A DNA stretch of 5,446 nt from a virus. Below are positions 1 through 5,223 of the stretch, piece after piece. Every line of letters starts with the position of its first letter. The first letter of the stretch is position 1. Below the pieces are notes generated by a model. It saw only the letters and a list, made by a program, of their open reading frames with translations, was not told the origin of the DNA and did not search any database. Both the position numbers and the translations under genes were made by a program. The stretch covers positions 1 to 5,446 of the IMG/VR virus record IMGVR_UViG_3300045988_071232; one strand, given 5' to 3'.

Positions 1-95
1 AGAAGATGGAGTCCTCCATCTCCTGCTGAACTTCATCAAGAAATTCAAAAAACAAATCATTATTCATCAAAATACCTCAAAAGCCTAAAAAAAAC
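1..95. repeat. Terminal redundancy of a circular assembly, identical to 5352..5446. It carries the first 67 nt (minus strand) of the C-tail-anchored ORF.
   Basis: The two 95-nt ends match exactly, base for base. This implies a circular 5351-nt unit. Confidence 0.9.
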
Positions 96-303
96 AATCA
101 TAAGGCAAATATACATCGGAATTATCAAAAATATAAGGATTAGTCCGCAAAAGACAAGATGGATCATAAATGAACGGAATTAAACCATTATTTTCACGGA
201 TCAAACGCCGATAAGTACCATATGACATACACGGATCAGACGGATCTAAAACAACATTTGTATAAAAACCATGCTCTCCAAAAACTTTAAATTTGATTTT
301 CAT
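85..303 (-). CDS. Hypothetical protein, 72 aa (MKIKFKVFGEHGFY...), 3 Cys, function unknown.
   Basis: ATG at 303..301 is preceded by SD GGGAGG 6 nt upstream. It overlaps the upstream ORF by 17 nt. Stop is TAG at 87..85. It lies on the same strand as all the hallmark genes. Confidence 0.5.
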   Translation of the reverse strand: MKIKFKVFGEHGFYTNVVLDPSDPCMSYGTYRRLIRENNGLIPFIYDPSCLLRTNPYIFDNSDVYLPYDCFF

Positions 304-478
304 GCTCTACCTCCCATATTACATTTAAAAGAGAAGGGCTATAACTATAATCCTTAATTTCAGCAGAAATACAATCTAACTGATATTTATTAAATTCAAC
401 AATAACTTCTCCTTCATTCGTAAAAAAGGAAATAAAATCACTACCAATCTCATAACCTTCAACAGATCTTTTTTTCAT
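287..478 (-). CDS. Hypothetical acidic protein, 63 aa (MKKRSVEGYEIGSDF...), function unknown.
   Basis: ATG at 478..476 is preceded by the strong SD AAAGGAGAA 8 nt upstream. It is the first gene downstream of the consensus promoter. Confidence 0.55.
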   Translation of the reverse strand: MKKRSVEGYEIGSDFISFFTNEGEVIVEFNKYQLDCISAEIKDYSYSPSLLNVIWEVEHENQI

Positions 479-508
479 TATTTCAATTCTCCTTTCATTT
501 GATAATTT

Positions 509-537
509 AATTATACATCAAATAAATCAAAATGTCA
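509..537 (-). promoter_or_regulatory. Perfect consensus sigma70-type promoter on the minus strand: -35 TTGACA (537..532), 17-nt spacer, -10 TATAAT (514..509). An AT-rich UP-like tract lies at 538..566.
   Basis: Read directly on the minus strand: CTTCTTGACATTTTGATTTATTTGATGTATAATTAAATT. It begins immediately after the VP1 stop and sits about 30 nt upstream of the ORF63 SD. Confidence 0.6.
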
Positions 538-566
538 AGAAGTAAATCAAAATAAATCTAAAAATA

Positions 567-2258
567 TTAATGATGATCTATTAAACCTGGTATACTAAAT
601 ACAGGCATAGGACGAGTACACAGATTTTTAATATAAAAATCACCGAAAAACTGATTAGCAACAGAAGACGTAACAGCTAACGCACGATCTACATTAGTCT
701 TATCCTCAACGATCCACTCAGGAGAGAGCTTAGGAAGATCAGAATAATCGTCAGCCAAATGCCAAGCATCAAGAGATTTCTTCGATAAAGAACGCATTTC
801 AGCACACACCCTATTAGGTTTGTACCGGTAATCTGCCCATGCTTCTTGATAACCAAAAACGCCATCATCAGCAGCCGTACCTTTTGCAAAAATTTCACGA
901 TTATATACAGGCTGCTCGCCAATATTGGCCAGCGACGGCCAATAATAATCAAAGCGAGTTTTACGGCTAAAGAAACGTTCAATACCGCACTGATACGTAT
1001 GATCATAACGCGCCACACAAAGACCGATCAAAAATCCATGTTCAACGAACGACTGCGTAAAATCCGAATGAGTGTCAACGGTCAAAGAATAAGCGGTAGT
1101 AGTGCCCTGAGGAGTCGTCGCCGATTCAGAATTCTGAACGACCTGATTAACATTAATTAACATACGATTTCCGCCAAGGTACTCCGGGCGCTGGAGCCTA
1201 CTATCAGGGGAAGTAACGCCGAAATGATTAGACAAAATTTCAATATACCTCGTACCACCTCGGGCATCTTTCTCATATATCCTCTGAATTTGAAAAGCCA
1301 AGCGCAATTGATTAATAGTAGCAGCAGTCGCCTGTGTTAAATCCGTCCACAAATTAGAAGGATAAATATCAACACCATCGCCACTATTGCTACCAGCATA
1401 AGTAAGAGAAGAATTATGAAACTTAGCAGCATAATCGCCGATGATAGAAGAATTATCATTAGCATTCCTAAACATCAAAGAAGATGGCTTACCATTAGAA
1501 TCAAGAGACCACTCAGGCCTATGATCATAACTAACTAAATTACCAGTATTACCACCATATACAGGGGCCTGATTACCTAATGGCAATAATACATCAGGAC
1601 CTTTTTGAGGTGATGGAAGACAAGAGGTAAAATAATCTCTAAACTTACCAGCCTTCAAAGGATAACCACCTCTCACGGCCTGAAAAAGACCGGAAGAATC
1701 GTTAGAACCAGCAGTAACATCATCACCTAAAGGAATAGACTGAGGAGTCTGAAGACTTTCATCACGAAACCACTCATTATATATCAAAGCATAAGCACGA
1801 AAAGGAAGAGCAGAAACAGAAAGCTCACCAATATAAGGAGGAATACCCATATAATCGGCTATAGTACCTTCAGCCCAACCGAATTGAGAACTACCACCAC
1901 CAGAACGAACCGGAGAAGTAACCTGAGGAACTGAATACTCGACCTCCGGAAACCAAGGAGCAGAAGTATTTTCGCCCATCATCTCTCGCCAATGCTCCCA
2001 TACCAGACGACAAGGAACGAAAAAATAATACGTATCGAGATAAATATTATCCATCACAGGAGTAACAAGGGTCTGCAAGCGGATAAGCTTAGAAGTATCT
2101 ATCTGAAACGTATCACCAGGAAGAACCTCATCACAATAAAAAGGAATAAGGTCACCAACATTGCCAGAAAGTTTAACACTATGCGAACGATCAAACCTCG
2201 AACGCTGTATATCAACTTGCGGATTTTTAGAAAAATGTGAATTCTGATTCCTATTCAT
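567..2258 (-). CDS. VP1: Major capsid protein VP1 (F-like) of Microviridae/gokushovirus type, 563 aa.
   Basis: The N-terminal signature is ...RSRFDRSHSVKLSGNVGDLIPFYCDEVLPGDTF... The conserved stretch INQLRLAFQIQRIYEKDARGGTRY follows a Ser/Asn/Gly-rich variable loop. SD GGAGG lies 8 nt upstream. There is an 8-nt overlap with the VP3 stop (ATGAATAG). Confidence 0.93.
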   Translation of the reverse strand: MNRNQNSHFSKNPQVDIQRSRFDRSHSVKLSGNVGDLIPFYCDEVLPGDTFQIDTSKLIRLQTLVTPVMDNIYLDTYYFFVPCRLVWEHWREMMGENTSAPWFPEVEYSVPQVTSPVRSGGGSSQFGWAEGTIADYMGIPPYIGELSVSALPFRAYALIYNEWFRDESLQTPQSIPLGDDVTAGSNDSSGLFQAVRGGYPLKAGKFRDYFTSCLPSPQKGPDVLLPLGNQAPVYGGNTGNLVSYDHRPEWSLDSNGKPSSLMFRNANDNSSIIGDYAAKFHNSSLTYAGSNSGDGVDIYPSNLWTDLTQATAATINQLRLAFQIQRIYEKDARGGTRYIEILSNHFGVTSPDSRLQRPEYLGGNRMLINVNQVVQNSESATTPQGTTTAYSLTVDTHSDFTQSFVEHGFLIGLCVARYDHTYQCGIERFFSRKTRFDYYWPSLANIGEQPVYNREIFAKGTAADDGVFGYQEAWADYRYKPNRVCAEMRSLSKKSLDAWHLADDYSDLPKLSPEWIVEDKTNVDRALAVTSSVANQFFGDFYIKNLCTRPMPVFSIPGLIDHH

Positions 2259-2760
2259 TCAAAGTACCTCCATTTCCACTAGACGAATTACCATCGTTAT
2301 TACTGCCGCTATTATTAGAGCTATTAGCTGCCTTTTTCTTAGATCCTTCGGCAGCAGTAAATTTATCAAACTTCTCAAGAAATTCAGGCGTTCCGGCTTG
2401 CCGCCAGAATTCAACAGGGGAATTATTGAAAAGATCTCTGAGTCCGGGGGGTAAGTCATTAAAACTATTCTCAGCGTCTTTAACATACTCATAAATATCA
2501 GCAAGAGTCTTAGGAGAATCAACAATATCCTCATATACACCTTGAACCTTGTTAAGAGCAGTCTCATCACCTTGGGCATAGCGCTGTAAAAGGACAGAAA
2601 GCTCTACAGACTCTCTGTGAGACTGAATCTCCTCATACCTATTATTAACACCAGACACAACAGGATTACCATCATCATCAACGGTATATACTTCATATTC
2701 TTCACGTCCAGACTCACATATAAATCTTTCATGATCATCAAATTGGGTACGATAATCCAT
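2251..2760 (-). CDS. VP3: Internal scaffolding protein VP3-like, 169 aa, with a Ser/Asn/Gly-rich C-terminal tail.
   Basis: Motifs FDDHERF, LQRYAQGD and P.EFW are typical of the gokushovirus scaffold family (Chlamy_scaf-like). The start overlaps the upstream stop as TAATG. SD GGAGG lies 9 nt upstream. Confidence 0.75.
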   Translation of the reverse strand: MDYRTQFDDHERFICESGREEYEVYTVDDDGNPVVSGVNNRYEEIQSHRESVELSVLLQRYAQGDETALNKVQGVYEDIVDSPKTLADIYEYVKDAENSFNDLPPGLRDLFNNSPVEFWRQAGTPEFLEKFDKFTAAEGSKKKAANSSNNSGSNNDGNSSSGNGGTLNE

Positions 2761-2999
2761 TATAAAGTACCTCCATCACAAACAAGCTCAATAGTAGGAC
2801 AAAGAACTATCTCACCAGTAGCAGAATCAAACTCACCAAGCTTATAAAGCTTAAAATCACTCTTATTAGCATTAAACAAAGAGCCTTCGGCCGTTATAGC
2901 ATGGGTAAAATTCCTAACAGCTGTATAATCATTAACGTCCTGAGTAACCTGAAGATAACCCACTTTCTCATCTTTCATAGTATATAAACCATATTTCAT
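2760..2999 (-). CDS. Hypothetical protein, 79 aa (MKYGLYTMKDEKVGY...). Its position is analogous to gokushovirus ORF5/VP5, but no similarity is asserted.
   Basis: The preferred start is the ATG at 2999..2997, with SD AGGAGG 9 nt upstream and an ATGA overlap with the stop of the 33-aa basic ORF. The ORF track extends it to the ATG at 3020, which has no SD. Its stop overlaps the VP3 start (TAATG). Confidence 0.55.
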   Translation of the reverse strand: MKYGLYTMKDEKVGYLQVTQDVNDYTAVRNFTHAITAEGSLFNANKSDFKLYKLGEFDSATGEIVLCPTIELVCDGGTL

Positions 3000-3097
3000 A
3001 ATCTTATTCCTCCTCTCCATTCTCCGGGTTTAACATTAATTTGCTTGGTCTTGCCAGCCGTGCGAGAAAAAACTCTCTTATCTTTACACCTACTCAT
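2996..3097 (-). CDS. Small basic protein, 33 aa (MSRCKDKRVFSRTAGKTKQINVKPGEWRGGIRL), a candidate J/ORF8-like DNA-binding packaging protein. It is absent from the ORF track because it is under 60 aa.
   Basis: Translated by hand from the minus strand. It has 10 Lys/Arg against 2 acidic residues. Its ATG lies 11 nt after the VP4 stop. Its stop TGA overlaps the next ATG (ATGA). A small, very basic J-like protein is expected in Microviridae. Confidence 0.5.
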   Translation of the reverse strand: MSRCKDKRVFSRTAGKTKQINVKPGEWRGGIRL

Positions 3098-3108
3098 TCT
3101 TCTTCGTC

Positions 3109-4137
3109 TCATACTTTACTCCTTTCTTTAAGATGGCCAAGACGATTAATAAGAGTATCCTCCTCTATGGCCAACATTTCCAGATAACTAAGATCTGTTC
3201 TTTTTAACTTATTAGTTTTAACCTTCTCTGCGACAAACTGCCTATTTAATTTTATAGCAGCCATATCAGAAGGATACTCTACGTCATACAATCTATCATA
3301 ATACCTTGGTGGCTTAAAAGATCTACCACCAACAGAAGTTGACAATAAAATCTTATCATAATCATATATCTTATCCTTATTATCATCGTAATAATAACGA
3401 GCAATACCAGGATCACGAGACATACGAACAAAAGGGGGATAAATACCTAAGTCCTCATATATCTCAGAAGACTTACCTTTAAGCTTCTTAGTAACATAAC
3501 GAGCCACATAGCAACAAGTATCCCATGAACACTCAGCAAGAACAGCATGACCACGCTGCTGCCAAGCCTTATCAATAGTAGGAGAATTATATAATATTTC
3601 TCCACGAAAATTAGTTTTATATATCTTAAGATCATTAAGATGAAGACCAAAAATAATAACATGATAATGAGGTCTATGAGTCTCGTCACCATATTCACCA
3701 CAACCAAAAAAACGAATCTTCTGACCTGTATTCTTTCGCAAGCGTTTCATAAAAGAAGAAAGTTCGTCCTTATTAAGCGATACAATAGGAGAGGGGACTA
3801 TCTCTCCGGTATCACAATTTACAAGTTCATGACGATCAGGAAGATGATCATCATCATAAGTTAAAGTTAAGAACCAATTCTCATCATGATACTGAGCTTC
3901 AAGCATGCAACGATTAGCCCAGTCACGAGCATACTGCAAACGACATTCAATACACTGTCCGCAAGGAATTTCAATAAATTCAGAAACGTAATCACCGAAA
4001 GGAACACCTTGCAGAGCATGCCAATGATCACCATCAAAGCGAACAAAATCAATAGCATATGAAACAATCTTATATTTAGGTTTACCAGAATCAGGCCAAA
4101 TACCTACAGGAAAACCTTTTAAAGGATGTTTACACAT
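3109..4137 (-). CDS. VP4: Replication initiation protein VP4 (rolling-circle HUH endonuclease), 342 aa from the ATG at 4137. The ORF track used a TTG at 4167.
   Basis: The N-terminus reads MCKHPLKGF, and a Cys cluster CGQCIECR is present. The motifs are FLTLTYDD (motif 1), HYHVIIFG (HUH motif 2) and CCYVARYVTKK (catalytic Tyr pair, motif 3). Stop is TGA at 3111..3109. Confidence 0.92.
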   Translation of the reverse strand: MCKHPLKGFPVGIWPDSGKPKYKIVSYAIDFVRFDGDHWHALQGVPFGDYVSEFIEIPCGQCIECRLQYARDWANRCMLEAQYHDENWFLTLTYDDDHLPDRHELVNCDTGEIVPSPIVSLNKDELSSFMKRLRKNTGQKIRFFGCGEYGDETHRPHYHVIIFGLHLNDLKIYKTNFRGEILYNSPTIDKAWQQRGHAVLAECSWDTCCYVARYVTKKLKGKSSEIYEDLGIYPPFVRMSRDPGIARYYYDDNKDKIYDYDKILLSTSVGGRSFKPPRYYDRLYDVEYPSDMAAIKLNRQFVAEKVKTNKLKRTDLSYLEMLAIEEDTLINRLGHLKERSKV

Positions 4138-4138
4138 T

Positions 4139-4309
4139 TTAAAAACCTTCGAAAACTTCTTCAACAAGATAAAAATCTATACCACGATCAGATGCAGCTT
4201 CATCAAGATCAGCATAAAAATCATCAGAAGCAACGTCATAATCACTATAAAAGTGAAAAGTTATATAATCATCTTTATACACATCATACAAACTAACAAG
4301 ATAATCCAT
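4139..4309 (-). CDS. Small highly acidic Asp/Tyr/Phe-rich protein, 56 aa (MDYLVSLYDVYKDDYITFHFYSDYDVASDDFYADLDEAASDRGIDFYLVEEVFEGF). It is absent from the ORF track because it is under 60 aa.
   Basis: Translated by hand. SD GAGGTG lies 5 nt upstream of the ATG at 4309. Stop TAA at 4141..4139 ends 1 nt before the VP4 ATG. It has about 16 Asp/Glu against 2-3 basic residues. Confidence 0.5.
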   Translation of the reverse strand: MDYLVSLYDVYKDDYITFHFYSDYDVASDDFYADLDEAASDRGIDFYLVEEVFEGF

Positions 4310-4398
4310 AATAACACCTCATAGCCGGAAAAAACGGCAAAATTCATATTAATAATATACGCTATAAACGTTTAATAAGTGTTTTAAATTCAATAAAT

Positions 4399-4427
4399 AT
4401 TTTAATATTATTCTAAAATAAATACAA
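4399..4427 (-). promoter_or_regulatory. Candidate sigma70-like promoter for the acidic-ORF/VP4 operon: -35 TTGTAT (4427..4422), 17 nt, -10 TAAAAT (4404..4399).
   Basis: The hexamers and spacing were read on the minus strand in the AT-rich intergenic region just downstream of the terminator-like hairpins. The AT-rich context makes chance matches likely. Confidence 0.3.
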
Positions 4428-4442
4428 CGTCAGACTACTTTT

Positions 4443-4498
4443 TTTCAAAAAGGTGTCAGTCAGCCCAGTTACATCAAGAGGGTAACTGGGCTGACTGA
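4443..4498 (-). terminator. Perfect 17-bp stem (4456..4472 with 4482..4498) and a 9-nt loop. On the mRNA strand it is followed by CACC-TTTTT-G-AAAAAAA. This is a candidate intrinsic terminator after VP2 and/or an ssDNA origin hairpin.
   Basis: tcagtcagcccagttac / atcaagagg / gtaactgggctgactga was read directly. The T tract is complementary to 4447..4451. Confidence 0.45.
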
Positions 4499-4500
4499 TG

Positions 4501-4524
4501 CACTGTCCTATTTATAGGACAGTG
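4501..4524. other. Second perfect hairpin: a 10-bp stem (cactgtccta / taggacagtg) with a 4-nt loop ttta. It lies 4 nt after the VP2 stop.
   Basis: Read directly. It is separated from the first hairpin by only 2 nt. Confidence 0.6.
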
Positions 4525-4528
4525 TACA

Positions 4529-5137
4529 CTACTTTTTAAATAAAGAACTAATAAAGTTCGCAAAAGGTTGACCAATATACTTCTGATAACCTTGATATAC
4601 TGAACCAAGCAAGGAGAAAGGACTTGAAGGAAAGTCACGCTTACTTGCATAAGACTTATTAGAAGCATACCGGGAAGCACTACTCGAAAGCGTTGAACCT
4701 AAAATAGAAGCGACGGAGCTACGATCTGCACCATACCGGGAAGCAGCAGCGCTCATAGAAGCAGAACCGAGCATAGCATTAGCACTAATCTGTGCGGCAT
4801 TAATCTGTGTAGCAGAAGAAATAAGAGACTGGAGATAACCAGCTATAGCAGAAGAATAAGACTCATCAACTTTACCAGATTTACCGGTAGCGGTGGCACC
4901 GGAAGGAGTAGCAGCTCCTTGTCCACCGGTAGATAAAATAGGGTTAAGACCGGCGGCGATCAAGTCTTTAACCTCTCTTTGATGGGCCGTATTGGACATA
5001 TTCTCTTGCCAAGAACGAGTAAGAGCAGCCTGTTCAGCATTAAAAGCCATCTCCTCACGTGCGAAAGCCTGAGACTGCGCCGTATTCGCTGCAGAGCTCT
5101 CTTTGATGGAATTAAGTAAATCGTCATACATTGCCAT
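4529..5137 (-). CDS. VP2: Minor capsid / DNA pilot protein VP2, 202 aa.
   Basis: The conserved N-terminal region reads ...AFNAEQAALTRSWQENMSNTAHQREVKDLIAAGLNPILS. A long Ala/Ser/Gly-rich low-complexity region follows. SD GAGGTG lies 5 nt upstream of the ATG at 5137. Stop is TAG at 4531..4529. Confidence 0.82.
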   Translation of the reverse strand: MAMYDDLLNSIKESSAANTAQSQAFAREEMAFNAEQAALTRSWQENMSNTAHQREVKDLIAAGLNPILSTGGQGAATPSGATATGKSGKVDESYSSAIAGYLQSLISSATQINAAQISANAMLGSASMSAAASRYGADRSSVASILGSTLSSSASRYASNKSYASKRDFPSSPFSLLGSVYQGYQKYIGQPFANFISSLFKK

Positions 5138-5165
5138 AATAACACCTCTTAAAAATGAAAATAGA

Positions 5166-5201
5166 GCCTTGGCAAGGGCATCGCTCTGCTTATGCCAAGG
5201 C
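5166..5201 (-). promoter_or_regulatory. GC-rich hairpin (9-bp stem gccttggca/tgccaaggc, 18-nt loop) between the tail-anchored ORF and VP2. On the mRNA strand it is followed by the T-rich tract TCTATTTTCATTTTT, then the VP2 SD.
   Basis: The inverted repeat was read directly. It is a GC island in an AT-rich spacer. Confidence 0.4.
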
Positions 5202-5223
5202 AGCTTATAAGGAGAAAATTACT

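Noticed and set aside
4-21. 8-bp-arm palindrome agatggag-tc-ctccatct at the window start, repeated at 5355..5372.
   Set aside because: It lies inside the coding region (QQEMEDSIF) of the tail-anchored ORF. The 2-nt spacer cannot form a hairpin loop. It is most likely coincidental, with only a small chance of being a dimeric protein site.
846-1160. Plus-strand ORFs 846..1160, 1992..2240, 2237..2494, 2617..2847 and 3640..3864.
   Set aside because: They are antisense to the clearly coding VP1, VP3 and VP4 genes. They lack SDs. Microviridae encode all genes on one strand. They are low-complexity (Ile/Asn/Arg-rich) translations of the A-rich strand.
2259-2579. Hydrophobic alternative-frame minus-strand ORFs inside VP3, VP4 and VP2 (2259..2579, 3447..3707, 3867..4067, 4474..4680, 4960..5145).
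   Set aside because: They are T-rich alternative frames of real genes and so encode Leu/Ile/Phe-rich peptides by composition alone. None has a convincing RBS. The one in VP1 is kept as a low-interest finding only because of the phiX174 gene E precedent.
2999-3020. The 86-aa model starting at ATG 3020 (MERRNKI...).
   Set aside because: There is no SD before 3020. The strong AGGAGG-9 nt-ATG at 2999 and the ATGA overlap with the 33-aa basic ORF favour the 79-aa model. The extension would be an out-of-frame overlap.
4324-4338. Small GC stem gccg-gaaaaaa-cggc just upstream of the acidic-ORF SD.
   Set aside because: A 4-bp stem is too weak to call. It could mildly modulate translation, but that is not supportable from sequence alone.
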